From: Callorhinchus milii
Taxonomy: Eukaryota
NCBI RefSeq assembly: GCF_018977255.1
Contig: NW_024704742.1
Span: 106,952,001 to 107,016,000 of the forward strand
Length of the DNA: 64,000 nt
Direction: 5' to 3'
This document shows, one piece after another, positions 54,601-64,000 of the stretch. Both the position numbers and the translations under genes were made by a program. How positions within the stretch are numbered: position 1 is the first letter of the stretch; every line of letters begins with the position of its first letter. Under the pieces are notes generated by a model that was not told the DNA's origin, did not search any database, and saw only the letters and a program-made list of their open reading frames with translations.

Positions 54601-55348
54601 GGTGCAAAGTGGCTGAAAGCTCACCCAATAATGGTGGGCAAGAGGGGTCTGGGGCATGAGCCTATCTGTGAGCTGGAAAATACCTCAGGAGATCACAGAG
54701 GTAAGGGCGTGTAGGCATTTGAAAGTTAGAACAAACATTTTAAAAATTAATCTGTTGGGGAATAGGAAATCCGCTAAACTTGGCAAGGATGACCTTGAGG
54801 AGCCTGATATGGGGGAGAATGTGAGCTGGGGAGTTCTGGATGATCTGGAGCTTGAGGAGAGTTGAGGTGGGAAGGCTAATGAAGAGGGCAGTATTAGTTT
54901 ATGTCACTAAATAAAATTGACGATAAAGTTAGTAGACTACTGAAAATGAACCAGGAAGGAAATGGGATATGCATGACTGTTAAGGGTTGTGAGTCACATA
55001 CCCAGGATCATTCCAGATTTTTTTACTGATCCATGATGACTTCTTGACGTGTGCTGATTTAGCAGGATCAGTCACTATTTTGCATTTCACATTTGTTCGA
55101 GTACATTATTGTTTCCTCTTCCCTCCGTCTGTTTGCATTTTTTTTGACATTAAACAGAAAGGCTGAACAATTTAGCTTGAACTTCAGCAGAACATTGCTT
55201 TCCACAGAATCTAAGTCTGTCTCTTGTCTCCGCAGTTGCATCTACCAAAGTGGTCACTATCATCATGCTTATTGCTGCTTTTTTCCTGTACAAATCTTCA
55301 TCAAAAGTTATAATCACACCAAAGGATGGACAGGAGCTATTTGAGTAA
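9432..55348 (+). CDS. SLCO4C1: SLCO4C1-like organic anion transporting polypeptide, 13 coding exons, about 661 aa from ATG 9456 or 669 aa from ATG 9432
   Basis: Manual splicing gives one open frame (1986 nt from ATG 9456 including stop) with GT-AG sites and matching phases. Contains the OATP signature [13 protein letters not shown] and a Kazal-like Cys-rich loop. Segments [22 protein letters not shown] and GIKGACW resemble SLCO4C1 as I recall it. Ortholog versus paralog status not resolved. Confidence 0.92.
9962..10226 (-). mobile_element. tRNA-derived SINE with tRNA-Val-like head
   Basis: Minus strand CCTGTAGCATAGTGGTTAGCACGTTCGCCTTGCAAACGAGAGGACCAAGGTTCGATTC; (TAT)n tail. Confidence 0.8.
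10470..11583 (+). mobile_element. SINE split by a solo LTR (SINE parts about 10470-10608 and 11443-11583)
   Basis: Flanks rejoin to the SINE consensus CTGTTTGTGGGACACTGC. Confidence 0.8.
10609..11442 (-). mobile_element. Solo LTR (834 bp), possibly Gypsy- or ERV-like
   Basis: TG...CA ends (minus strand TGTCACGG...CGTCGCA); decayed 4-bp TSD GGGC/GAAC from GGAC; minus-strand TATAAAA (11147-11153) followed by AATAAA (10913-10918). Confidence 0.75.
12049..12312 (+). CDS. SLCO4C1: Coding exon 2 ([19 protein letters not shown]...GHKPRW...LPQF...GAELK)
   Basis: Acceptor TTGCAG|, donor G|GTTCGT, 264 nt, phase 1-1; STIEKRY and SSYDI motifs. Confidence 0.95.
12540..14075 (+). mobile_element. Internally deleted L2: 5' region and endonuclease start joined to ORF2 3' end and tail
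   Basis: QNVRSL.NK and [10 protein letters not shown] (APE endonuclease) at about 13045-13140; [10 protein letters not shown] and QNSAAR from about 13400; L2 tail at 14030-14072. Confidence 0.8.
15690..16100 (-). mobile_element. Ancient L1/Tx1-like ORF1 remnant
   Basis: IEPDRPHLI...[12 protein letters not shown] resembles the L1 ORF1 IERAHR...RPRxIIxRFL region; heavily decayed. Confidence 0.5.
16931..17125 (+). CDS. SLCO4C1: Coding exon 3 (DTCAASN...[36 protein letters not shown])
   Basis: Acceptor TTTGTTTCAG|, donor G|GTATGT, 195 nt, phase 1-1. Confidence 0.95.
   Translation: MLVLLPTSMAACPPTTTWGSLQTLISYTSLSWGSCCVVSEAFLYTHWGQPPLMNVCLMKRVPFI
17300..17722 (+). mobile_element. L2 3' fragment
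   Basis: LHWLP, APPYL, APKLWN motifs; GAGGGCGCTATATAAAT tail. Confidence 0.88.
17977..18353 (-). mobile_element. tRNA-derived SINE carrying an approximately 65-bp L2 tail insert (18085-18147, +)
   Basis: SINE consensus interrupted by CCAGCACCTTGGGA...AAATGTAATTTTGTTGTT. Confidence 0.85.
18600..19180 (-). mobile_element. L2 fragment with several internal deletions, inserted in a GA/CA-rich microsatellite
   Basis: (CAA)n tail at 18602; [14 protein letters not shown] segment homologous to 2995-3100. Confidence 0.8.
20384..20480 (+). CDS. SLCO4C1: Coding exon 4 ([32 protein letters not shown])
   Basis: Acceptor CTCCCAG|, donor AA|GTAAGT, 97 nt, phase 1-2; not in the ORF track. Confidence 0.95.
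20800..21100 (-). mobile_element. Old L2 3' fragment
   Basis: Purine-rich reverse complement of the L2 3' region. Confidence 0.6.
22478..22820 (+). mobile_element. L2 3' fragment, internally deleted
   Basis: QVIQNSAA and FKILVLTFK motifs; tail like 59800-59900. Confidence 0.85.
23064..23185 (+). CDS. SLCO4C1: Coding exon 5 with OATP signature ([40 protein letters not shown])
   Basis: Acceptor TTTTCAG|, donor G|GTAAAT, 122 nt, phase 2-1; signature at 23083-23121. Confidence 0.97.
25150..26396 (+). mobile_element. Old L2 RT fragment (25150-26100) followed by a young L2 3' end (26165-26396)
   Basis: Decayed PQGS/YADD region; young tail ending (TTG)n with a local tandem duplication at about 26215-26302. 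Confidence 0.8.
27797..28110 (+). mobile_element. Full-length young tRNA-derived SINE inside an older antisense Deu SINE (27740-28225)
   Basis: A/B boxes, (TAT)n tail, TSD AATAGT at 27779-27784 and 28111-28116. Confidence 0.9.
28702..28817 (+). CDS. SLCO4C1: Coding exon 6, intracellular loop ([15 protein letters not shown]...[10 protein letters not shown])
   Basis: Acceptor TTCTTCTGCAG|, donor ATG|GTAAGA, 116 nt, phase 1-0. Confidence 0.92.
29390..31130 (+). mobile_element. L2 LINE, 5'-truncated, frameshifted RT; same subfamily as 2990-4888
   Basis: [39 protein letters not shown] motifs; YADD region deleted; TTG tail. Confidence 0.95.
34105..34350 (+). mobile_element. Old Deu-domain SINE
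   Basis: GGTGCCATCCTTCGAATGACACGTTAAACTGAGATCCCGTCTGCTTGTTCAAGTGGACATTAAA. Confidence 0.75.
34455..34599 (+). CDS. SLCO4C1: Coding exon 7 ([11 protein letters not shown]...[22 protein letters not shown])
   Basis: Acceptor TTTCCTCATAG|, donor G|GTAAGC, 145 nt, phase 0-1. Confidence 0.95.
35047..35175 (-). mobile_element. Penelope-like element 3' terminal fragment with partial hammerhead motif
   Basis: Homologous to 46659-46795 (CTGCAGATGCTG.AAATCTGAAA...GGCAGCATCT.TGGAGAAAG). Confidence 0.7.
36126..36400 (-). mobile_element. Young SINE, 5'-truncated, inside an older Deu SINE (35985-36430, +)
   Basis: TSD ACATTAA at 36122-36128 and 36404-36410; flanks rejoin to GTGGACATTAAAGATCCCATGGCACTATT. 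Confidence 0.88.
36540..37580. mobile_element. Cluster of L2 3' fragments, mostly minus strand, with a + tail at about 37285-37350
   Basis: [20 protein letters not shown]; several L2 tails. Confidence 0.8.
38345..38660 (-). mobile_element. tRNA-derived SINE, long (Meta-like domain) form
   Basis: Minus strand CTCCACACGCCTCTGTTTACCAAGCAGTAAGTCGGAACCCGG; (TAT)n tail. Confidence 0.85.
38685..39183 (+). mobile_element. L2 3' fragment
   Basis: [14 protein letters not shown] and APSYL motifs; TTG tail. Confidence 0.9.
40685..40880 (+). CDS. SLCO4C1: Coding exon 8 ([16 protein letters not shown]...[17 protein letters not shown])
   Basis: Acceptor TTTTTCAG|, donor AG|GTAACT, 196 nt, phase 1-2. Confidence 0.95.
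41050..42540 (+). mobile_element. Highly decayed CR1 ORF2
   Basis: Remnants of SCLTNL, KAYDKVP and [11 protein letters not shown]. Confidence 0.75.
42678..42825 (+). CDS. SLCO4C1: Coding exon 9, Kazal-like extracellular loop 5 ([31 protein letters not shown])
   Basis: Acceptor TTTTACAG|, donor CAG|GTTGGT, 148 nt, phase 2-0. Confidence 0.93.
43274..43760 (-). mobile_element. Young L2 3' fragment
   Basis: [27 protein letters not shown]; closely matches 2610-2989. Confidence 0.92.
44090..44256 (+). CDS. SLCO4C1: Coding exon 10 ([10 protein letters not shown]...[11 protein letters not shown]...[10 protein letters not shown])
   Basis: Acceptor ATTGCAG|, donor AG|GTAAGT, 167 nt, phase 0-2. Confidence 0.94.
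44292..44619 (+). mobile_element. Full-length young tRNA-derived SINE starting about 35 nt after the exon 10 donor
   Basis: A box TAGCTCAGTGG, B box GAGTTCAATTCC, L2-type hairpin, (TAT)n tail. Confidence 0.92.
46659..47581 (-). mobile_element. Penelope-like element fragment (GIY-YIG endonuclease, 3' hammerhead motif) with an inverted 5' segment
   Basis: Minus strand 47340-47443 reads [31 protein letters not shown]; plus strand 47453-47581 reads [13 protein letters not shown]...[12 protein letters not shown]. Confidence 0.85.
48207..48290. repeat. 22-bp GC-rich tandem repeat (CTGTCCCGGCTCCGCCCCCGCT x about 3.8) at the CR1 5' end
   Basis: Read directly; units start at 48207, 48229, 48251 and 48273. 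Confidence 0.95.
48760..49005 (-). mobile_element. SINE, short form, 5'-truncated
   Basis: Reverse complement of the 44292 family. Confidence 0.85.
49463..50175 (-). mobile_element. CR1 3' fragment, same subfamily as 44752-45460
   Basis: [24 protein letters not shown]; high similarity to 44760-45450. Confidence 0.92.
50285..50870. repeat. Unclassified non-coding repeat, possibly a pogo/Tigger-like DNA element; second copy split at 44678-44751 + 48293-48622
   Basis: Collinear similarity between the two copies; repeated GGTTAA...GGACAAAAT motifs. Confidence 0.7.
51700..51764 (+). CDS. SLCO4C1: Coding exon 11 ([22 protein letters not shown])
   Basis: Acceptor TTTTCTTTCAG|, donor G|GTGAGG, 65 nt, phase 2-1; conserved TM11 Arg. 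Confidence 0.95.
52626..52763 (+). CDS. SLCO4C1: Coding exon 12 ([46 protein letters not shown])
   Basis: Weak acceptor GGCTGGTAG|, donor A|GTAAGT, 138 nt, phase 1-1. Confidence 0.93.
53285..54290 (-). mobile_element. L2 RT-to-tail fragment
   Basis: [27 protein letters not shown] motifs. Confidence 0.92.
55236..55348 (+). CDS. SLCO4C1: Coding exon 13, terminal ([37 protein letters not shown])
   Basis: Acceptor TGTCTCCGCAG|; TM12 ending in FLYK; TAA at 55346-55348. Confidence 0.9.
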
Positions 55349-55556
55349 TGTTAGCCCAGAATGTGCAGTGAAAATCACAATAATTTGGGAGAAACGATTA
55401 TGGGGAAAATCACAATAACTTAGTTGAGTAGCATACCTTGGGATGCCATTTTTATTGAATTTATCTATTATAGGATGATGATTAGAGCAAGCAGCTAATT
55501 AAGATACAAATCTGGCAGTTAAATCAAGTAAATGTTTTGTTTTACAATTACATAAT

Positions 55557-55562
55557 AATAAA
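55557..55562 (+). terminator. Candidate polyadenylation signal AATAAA
   Basis: First AATAAA I noted after the stop codon, about 210 nt downstream; others occur near 56977 and 57046. Confidence 0.4.
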
Positions 55563-56341
55563 ATTGTGTGACAGCCTGGCTCAGTTGGTAGCATTCTTGC
55601 ACCGAAGCAGAAATTTGTGGATTCACACTCACAAACTTACCGGCCTTGAAGCAGCATTTGCAGCGCTCCATGTGAGACAATTGCGGGGACCTGTCATGCT
55701 CAATTACCAGCTGCAACGCCGAAGGACCGCATGCACAGTACAGAACAGTGAATACGTTCAGAAGACGAGTTATGGCATCAGGCAATGAGGATACCCCAAC
55801 TCAATACAAGTTAGTGACGAGGAGAATCAGTGATAAGAAGTACCAGATTAACCAATTTTGCAAGGTAAATCCTGAAATGAAAAAGAAGGACATTGCCTCC
55901 GAGCCTGATTTGAAGCCACAGACTTCGACTGGAGAAATCAGGCAGAGCGAATTGAGAGTTTATGTCTGACTTAACATTTTCTTTAAAAAGGGATTAATAA
56001 TTCAGTTACAATATTAACTCTGTAGTTCTGTGTAAGAATTTATATTCTATGAAAATAGTTCTGTTTTGAAACCGGTTTGGTTGTGCCATTCATTCTACAG
56101 TACATGTCTTCTACACAGTACTGTGTAATACTGTATAGGGAAAGAATGGACTACCATAGCTTTAACATGCATGGGTTAAACATGGTACAGAAACCTTGCC
56201 TTAATATCACCAGCCAGTCCAGTGCTTGTGTATTTGTTATGTGTTAGTCATATAAAATCCAACTTGTACATAACTTTACATAATTCATGTATGACATGAC
56301 TTATGCAAGTTTCACATATCGCATTCTTTGCAAAAGTCATA

Positions 56342-56720
56342 TTAATAATAATAATCCTTGCATTTAATATAGAGCCTTTTCACATTGTTAAAATATCTCA
56401 AAGTGTTTCACAGAATATACTGTAAAGTGAATTGACTATATTTTGTGGGTGAAACATGGCAGCCAATTACGCACAACATTCAGCGTTCCACAAACACTCG
56501 TGGATTGAGTGATCAAATTATTATTTATTTTTTATGAAGGCATTATTATCCCAGGAAAAGCGGTCTGCCTATCGACTATCAAACAAGTTCCTATTTACTG
56601 CTAAGTAAACAGAGACGTGTGGAGTAAGGAAACTTGCTCAATGCTTCTCCTGTCCGGGAATCAAACCCAGGTCGTCTCACTTGCTAGGCGAGTGCTCTAA
56701 CCACTAAGATAAAGGATTCC
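56342..56720 (-). mobile_element. tRNA-derived SINE, long form
   Basis: Head, Meta-like core and (TAT)n tail. Confidence 0.85.
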
Positions 56721-57369
56721 ATAATTAAATGTATGGTCCCAACTAATATGACTTATATGAGTATTATGTATTGTCAGAAATGTGGCCTTGAATCCACAAA
56801 CTTCTGCCTCAATGCGAGAATGGCATAAATATAGTTGCTATAAAATTAGCTTATTCACCAATCTGGGCTCAATCTATTCCCATATAATTGTAAATGAAAC
56901 AGAAAAAGTGTGCGTATGTTTCTGGTTAAATGTAACTTCATTCTTTTAAGGAGTTTTTTTCAGTAAGATTTTACAAAATAAATGTTTAAGGAATTTAAGA
57001 CAAGTTTAATTCTACTTTGTTTCTGCAATTGGGTAATTTTGAAGAAATAAAGAATAATTGATGAATCATCAATAATTTGGTGTATTTGAACTTGTGAGTT
57101 TGTAATTAAAAGCCGCAAATGGACTCATTGGGGCCATGTTAAGGAAGAGACCATCAGCTATGCTTGATGGACTATTTATCCACTGACACCAGGCAAAGTT
57201 ATAGGAAGGAGTACGTGGTGTCCTCTGGTCAAATGATTCATTGAAGGTACATGTTATGAGCTGGAACATTTTTGCGAACCTTAATGAAATTACATTTCAC
57301 ATAACCACGAGTAAGGAGTTTCAGACAATGAAGGTGAAATATGCATTATTGGAGAGAATACCATTTAGT

Positions 57370-57950
57370 AACTATGACCAGACTGTCTTGGCATCGAGAG
57401 TGAGGCTGAAGCCAGATTTGATGGGTTTAGTACAGGGAGTGATGGGAGAAGGAGGAGCAAGGTTGGAGGTAACAACATGTTCCAACACCTTGAAGAGCAA
57501 GTGCAGGTTGGAGATGGGGTGATAACTGCATTAGTTTGCAGGGTCCAATGTAATTGTTTTGAGAAGGGATATATTGACAATAGTTTTGATAGGGGGCAGG
57601 GGTTACCATGTCAAGAGAGTGGTTAACAGGGGGCAAGAAGCTGAATGGACAGCAACTTTGTGGGAATGGGTTCAAGGTGTTTAAAATCGTTGTCCTCACT
57701 TTTAAAGTCTCCACGGTCTTGCTCCTCTCTACCTCCACAACCTATTAGCACCATACGAACCTGTCCACTCCCTCCGCTTGGCGGGTATTGGTCTGCTCCA
57801 TGTCCCCCAACCTGACCGGCCCACCATTGGCGGTCGGGCCTTCAGCTTTTCTGGCCTTACCTTCTGAATTCCCTCGACTTGCCCCCTCCCTTGGCTCCTT
57901 CAAGGTCCATCTCAAGACCTTCCTCATCGATCGTGCCTTCGGCCACCCTC
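57370..57950. mobile_element. Old L2 fragments (57370-57640 on -, 57680-57950 on +)
   Basis: Decayed ISNL/QSGF region and L2 3' region. Confidence 0.65.
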
Positions 57951-58193
57951 ACACCTATAACGGAGCTTGGTATTTTATACCCAATGCCCCAGGGAGGACA
58001 AAACCAGTATCCTGTTTATATTAACAAATTTAAATATTCACTACTCAAAATAAATGTTAAATATTTATTGGCTACAAGCATATAATAATTTGCTGACACC
58101 TCAAAGCCAGTCGAGTCGTAATACATAAAATAGAGGCATTTACGGTTTGAGCAGGGGAGCAAGCTGACCCATTTCTTGTTGCTCCCTTGACCT

Positions 58194-59901
58194 TGGCTGC
58201 CACGTTCGCCCACAAATATACAGTCAATTCACTTTACAGTGTGTTCTGTGAAGCGCTTTGGGACGTCCTCCTGACGTGAAAAGCGCTATATCAAATGCAA
58301 GGATTATTATTATTGACCCCTTCCCTATCCGTCTCCTTACCTCCCAGCTTCACCTGCTTGCCCCTCTCCTCATAGACTTCATATACCTCTCCCTGTCCAC
58401 TGGTACCGTTTCCACTCTTTTAAAAATGGCTGTCATCACTCCTATCCTTCAAAAACCCTCCCTGGACCCATTCCTGCTCTCAAACTACCACCCCATCTCC
58501 AACCTCCATTTCCTCTCCAAGGTAGTGGAATGAGTCGGTGCTTCCCAGCTTCGCTTCTTCCTCTCCTGCCAATCCCTTCACGAATCTCTCCAATTAGGTG
58601 TCAGTGCCATCCACAGCACAGAAACAGCCCTGGTCAAAGTGAAAAATGATATCCTGCCCATCTGTGACCAGGGCTCCCTCTGCCTCCTGGTCCTCCTTGA
58701 CCTCTCTGCTGCCTTCAACACCGTTGACCACTCTATCCTCATCCACCACCTCTCCTCTCACCTCAACCTTCACAGTTCTGTCCTTGACTGGTTCAGATCG
58801 TACCTCTCACAACGCCTCCACTTCATCTCCACAAACGGTTTCTCCTCTAGCCCCCGCACTGTCTTGCCGGCGTGCCTCAGGGCTCTCTCCTTAGTTCCCT
58901 CCTCTTCAATATGTATTTGCTCCCTCTTGGTGACATCATCCGCAGACATAGGGTCAACTTCCACATATATGCGACTGACACCCAACTCTACTTCTGCCTC
59001 CACCCTTGACTCCATGACCACTGCTGTGCTGACAGAATGTCTGTCAGACATCAAGTCCTGGATGAGAGCTAACTTTCTTCAGTTGAACGTCAACAAGGCC
59101 GAGGCTCTCCTGATTGGCTCCCGTCAGCACCTCCACACCTCAGGCGCTGGCAGCATCACCATCCAAGGATGCACATTCCATCTTATCTGGAACCTTGGGG
59201 TCTTGTTTGACCCTCAACTATCCTTTTTACCCCATATCCGTGCCATGACCTGCTCTGCCTTCCCCCACCTCCGCAACATTGCCCCTGTGTCATACGGCAG
59301 GCTGCTGAAACCCTCATACATGCATTCATAACCTTGACTATGCAAACTCCTTGCTTGTTGGCCTCCCCAACTCCTCCCTACGTAGCCTGTAGATCATCCA
59401 GAACTCTGCAACCCATATCGTCTCTCATATCAGGCTCCGTGACCTATCGCCTCCATCCTCGCCTGACTCCACTGGCTTCCCATTACACCGGATACATTTC
59501 AAGATCCTGGTCCTCATCTTCAAAGCCCTCATTGCCTTGCACCCCCTACCTCTGACCTCCTAACCCTTTACCATCCTGCCTGCTCCCTTCACTCAGTGGG
59601 CTCTGGCCTGCTTCACGTTCCCCGCCTTGCCTGCCCCACCTTTGGCAAATTCACTCCCCAATTGTTCCCTCTGGAACTCCATCCCACAGCCCCTCCACCT
59701 CGCCCTCTTCCTTGCCTCCTTCAAGACCCATCTCAAGACCCTCCTCTTCGACCGTGCTTTCGATCACCCTCCTTCCCCCCCTGCCCTCCACCCTCCCCGA
59801 TCCTGATCCCCAGTTTGCGTCTGAAACACTGACTGTCCGGCGCCTTGGGATGTCCTTCCGATGTGAAAGGCGCCGTAGAAATGTAATTTTGTTGTTGTTG
59901 T
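58194..59901 (+). mobile_element. SINE 3' part (58194-58314) joined to an L2 RT-to-tail copy (58315-59901)
   Basis: [28 protein letters not shown] motifs; (TTG)n tail. Confidence 0.92.
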
Positions 59902-60825
59902 AGAAGTCCCTCCAAGGTGCAACTGCTCCTGTCTGCTCAAACACCTAGTTTTTCATCCCCTTGTTTCTGTACTCTCACACTCGCAAAAAACACATTCTTA
60001 AGCACAATGAGTTTCCATGCAAATTTAAGACAAACAGGCAAATATTTTAAAGAAATAAAAAAAAGCCTTTTGTCTGACTGACTGCCTGTCAGACATTGTC
60101 TTGCATGTAACTTTCCCCAATTCTGTGTGGACAAAACTGAGGCAATCCTGCTCAGCTCCTACCAGCACATCCTCATATCAGATGCTAACAATATCGACCT
60201 CCCCAACTGTTTATTCCAACTGGGTGGAATATCAGTATTAGACCCTCAGTTCTCCAACCTACTCAGCTCCACCCTTCATATCATCCAGCACTCTGCAACT
60301 CACATTCTCTTCCACAATAAGCTCCACAAGTCCATCAACTCCATCCCTTCCCAACTCCACTGGCTCCCTTCACTTCCTCTCTTCACTAGAATTGACATTA
60401 AGATCCTTACCCCAACCTATCTCTGCGATCTCCTGTGATTCAACTCTTTTGGCCGTTTCTGCTTTGCTCACCATGTCCTCCTTCATGCCCTCTCCCATTC
60501 TGCCCCCATCATTACAACTACAACAAAATTACATTTGTATAGTACCTTTCACGTCGGGAGGACTTTCAGCCACTTTGCCCATATTGTCTGAAATTGTTCT
60601 GACATTCCATCCAATCAGCCTTTGCACGAATGTTGAGGCTTTCTCCCTGTATGAAAGACACAATATAACTACAAATTATTGTAGATTGTCTAAATTGTTT
60701 CTAGTCAGATAAATCTTGGGTGGACACTGCTCATTTGATTGGTGGAGCACAGCACCATCTACAGGAAAAACATCTTTACTACAAGCCTTTAAGTGCACTG
60801 CCATAATATTGCATCAGGGCATCCT

Positions 60826-61171
60826 ATAATAATCCTTGCATTTAATAAAGCACTTTATCACATAATTGAGATGTCTCAAAGCACTTCACAGAATATACTG
60901 TAAAGTGAATTTACTTCATATTTTGTGGGAGAAACCCAGCAAGCCAATTACGCATATCAGTATTCCACAAACTGTTGTGTATTGAGTAACCAAATTAATA
61001 TTTTTTGAAGGGATTATTAACCCAGAAAAGAAATCCAGCAATCAGGTTTTTACTTACTCCTAGGTAAACAGGGGCATGTGGAGTAAAGAAACTTGCCTAA
61101 GGTTTCCCCCTGCCTGGGAATCAAACCCATGTCCTAAGACAAGTGCTCCAACTAATAAGCTGCAGGATTCC
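60826..61171 (-). mobile_element. tRNA-derived SINE, long form, decayed
   Basis: Collinear with 56342-56720. Confidence 0.8.
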
Positions 61172-62539
61172 ATGTATCACTTTTTTTTACATTAATTTGA
61201 TAGTATTGTGAAGTAGAAATTTATGTATGATATATTTATTGAAATCTACTTCATACTATATATTAGAAATGGAAAAACTGTATACGCACTTGCGTGAACA
61301 TGGATGTATTTTTATAACATGCATATTAAATCATCCACAAAATATATTCCTGTGGAGGTCAGAGCTATGTTTAAATTCACAGTATGCTCAGTTGATTCCA
61401 AAAATGACCAAAATAGAGTTAAACAACAAAACAATTCGCAACTTTTGAAAGTAGGGTCAGTTCGAATAGATGAAAGAATGTTCTTGAATCAATAAATGCA
61501 TGAACGCCAGTTTCTTTATTGTAAATAGAAACCCTTAATTTTTCTGACTCAGAGGTGAGGATGCTACCAATTAAGCCAGGATCTCTCGAAGCTGTTGTAT
61601 TGACCCTATCTATCACTGACTGAGATGACTTCATTTTGCACAGACCAGTGAATTAACCTGAAGCCTTCTTTGTCTGCAGACTCAATATCAAACCATGCAA
61701 ACCACATACCCATTGGAGACCATTGGAAAATGAAATAAGGCTTCCCATTCCCCCACTCCAATTTAATAACTTTTAATAATAATCATCCTTTCATTTGATC
61801 AAGCTCCTTATCAATTTTCTCTCTTACTTTCCTGAAGACACTGACTCATGCCTGGGATATCGTTCCATGAGAATCAGCTAGTGTCCAACACGTGACTTCT
61901 TTCATGTGAACTTCATACACCTCATCCATGTTACTTCATACATGTGAACTTGGAATGTGGGCTCTAACATAGAATTAACAATCTCTGTGTCACCTTTTTC
62001 AGAATGGGAAATCCCATTAAGCACAACCAACAAAGCAATCACTAAACTTAGCCTCCTCAACCTCCACACACTTCATCCTCTGTCTCTTTCTAGTGCCTTG
62101 AAATAATGATTGCACAGAGGTCAACTTCAATAAATATCACAATAGAATTATAAACCTGATTAGAGCAGACAAGATCCTGAAGCAATGGGATTTCCTTTAC
62201 AAACACAACAAATCACAAGAGCCCTGACAGCAAAAGGCTTTCACTCAAGGTGACTCAATCACAGTATGTTAAGCACACAATCTGATGACAGCATGTATGT
62301 TGTGGTCTGGTCCATATAAAATCAAGGAACTCAATTTACTTAATTTATTGTAGGCATAAGGGGTGAAAATTGGGGAGAGGGAAGCAGCTGCAGGGAGGGA
62401 GGACTCCGGCCTACATTGACCTATTGCTCAGAATCCTGAAAGTGGAGTTAATTTCACAGTGAGCACATTTGTTTAGCAAGAGGACTGGGCTTAAGCAGCT
62501 AGTGGACTTCAACCTCTAGGTCTTCCCACCACACTGGAT

Positions 62540-62800
62540 ATTAATAATATAATAATCCTTACATTTGGTATAACACCTTTCAATTGAGAGAACATCTCAA
62601 AGTGCTTTACACAATATACTGAAAAGTTGAGTGATTGTGGGTTTTGTGGGTGAACACAAGAGCCAATTTGCACCCCGCAATGTCCTACAAACAGCCATGA
62701 AATGAATGACTCATTTTATCTGGGGAATTGCTGGCCAGGACACTGGAAAAACTCCCTTCTCATTTTAATAGCACCATGGGAATCGATCATCCACTGAACT
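62540..62800 (-). mobile_element. Old Deu-domain SINE 3' part
   Basis: TGGCCAGGACAC and ATAGCACCATGGGA (Deu, reverse); (TAT)n tail. Confidence 0.65.
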
Positions 62801-62895
62801 AGATGCTAGTGATGTGCTAGCTGAATTCAGGTATCTGTGGTATAGTTGATCAGGAAACTGAGGCTATGGATGGCATCAAGTTGTTGAAAACACAC

Positions 62896-63801
62896 TGTTA
62901 GGAAAAATGAATCCCGGGTTCAAAAAACTCGACAAATACCAAATATGGCACACCTTTGAATGCTTTATTTTGATACCCAACAGGTAATATCAATCATACA
63001 ATACAAAGAAAGGTAAATGAACCAATAAACAATACTAGAATACAATGATTATATCAAAGTTGAATGATTATACTTGACTATTATATTAAAAACACATTGG
63101 TTACATGCAGTTAAGAAACACTTATACTACCAATTTAAAGGAGTCAACAGCAGCTGTTCTTCGTCTTCCCTCCCTTGAGCCCGAGCAGCTTAGTGATATG
63201 CTCACAAACTTATGGTGACCCTCTGATCTCTGCTCCCGAACTGACTATCTCTCTTTTGAGTCGTCCTGCTCTTCTAACCATTCTCACCTAGAGGTGGGCT
63301 TGTTATACCCTTTCTCCAAGTGTTCTTTTCCTAGGGCCGCTCTACCCATTTCTGATACTGTCATGCACTCAGGTTAGTCAATCATTTGGCTTGGTGCCAT
63401 CCTGACTTGAGTCTCCACGAGGTCTTCCCTTTGTCCTGTCTAAGCCAAAATGATTGATCGGTTTAGGGCTGTATCTGGTACTCATTATTTTGTTATGTGG
63501 GATCGTTATTTTGTTATGTGGGATCGTTAGTACATTTCTTTTAAGTGAATGGTTATTTCTTCTCAGTATCCTAGGATGGTACCAAAGTCCTTCAGTTTAA
63601 ATAACTTGCTCGTTAGTTTGCTATTCTTGAGGGTTGCCTTCGGTTGTTTTGCAGGCCCTGTCAGAATCTAGAGACTTATTATTAAGCTGAGATTCTGTGT
63701 CGGCTGGTACCTTGGACCGTTACCTCTGTGGGCTTGTTGTTATCTACTGATAAGTGGTGACCTCCTGCCCTTTTCCAAAGCTATCTTGTTATTCCTTAAG
63801 A
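62896..63801 (-). mobile_element. Possible solo LTR (about 0.9 kb)
   Basis: TGTTAGGAA...TTCCTTAAGA imperfect inverted ends; minus-strand TATA-like (about 63305) and AATAAA (about 62965); 21-bp tandem duplication at about 63485-63526; TSD unclear. Confidence 0.45.
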
Positions 63802-63845
63802 AACAGATAAAACCAGATGTGTCCTGTCCCATGTCCTGTCCCATT

Positions 63846-63965
63846 TAATAATAAATAATAATAATAATCCTTGCATTTGATATAGCGCTTTTCATGTCTT
63901 CTCGACGTCTCAAAGCGCTTAACAGAATAGATTGTAAAGTGAATGACTGTATATTTGTGGGGGAA
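63846..63965 (-). mobile_element. SINE 3' fragment
   Basis: (ATA)n followed by TCCTTGCATTTGATATAGCGCTTTTCA. Confidence 0.85.
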
Positions 63966-64000
63966 ACATAACATAAAATCATACATTTTATACATGTTCG

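Noticed and set aside
9432..55348. SLCO gene as a pseudogene
   Set aside because: All 13 exons are open with canonical splice sites and consistent phases.

Overview
This is vertebrate genomic DNA, most likely from a cartilaginous fish. That assignment is inferred from the repeat content: L2 and CR1 LINEs, Deu/Meta-type tRNA-derived SINEs and Penelope-like remnants. The window holds one complete + strand gene, an SLCO4C1-like organic anion transporter (OATP4C1). It has 13 coding exons (9432/9456 to 55348), all with GT-AG introns and matching phases, giving about 661-669 aa by manual assembly. The rest is intronic and flanking DNA crowded with decayed retroelements, and most ORFs in the supplied track are transposon fragments or noise. 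I found no prokaryotic-type system, CRISPR array or true tRNA/rRNA gene, and I cannot claim a wholly new biological system. The best leads are: (1) loss of two normally conserved extracellular cysteines in the transporter, possibly a pair; (2) a four-level nested insertion whose empty site is preserved nearby; (3) a Penelope-like fragment with a 5' inversion and a decayed hammerhead ribozyme; (4) SINE 3' hairpins that track the youngest L2 family; (5) a housekeeping-promoter-like motif cluster in intron 3; (6) a solo LTR antisense in intron 1; (7) two unclassified repeat families. Exon coordinates were counted by hand; repeat boundaries are approximate.
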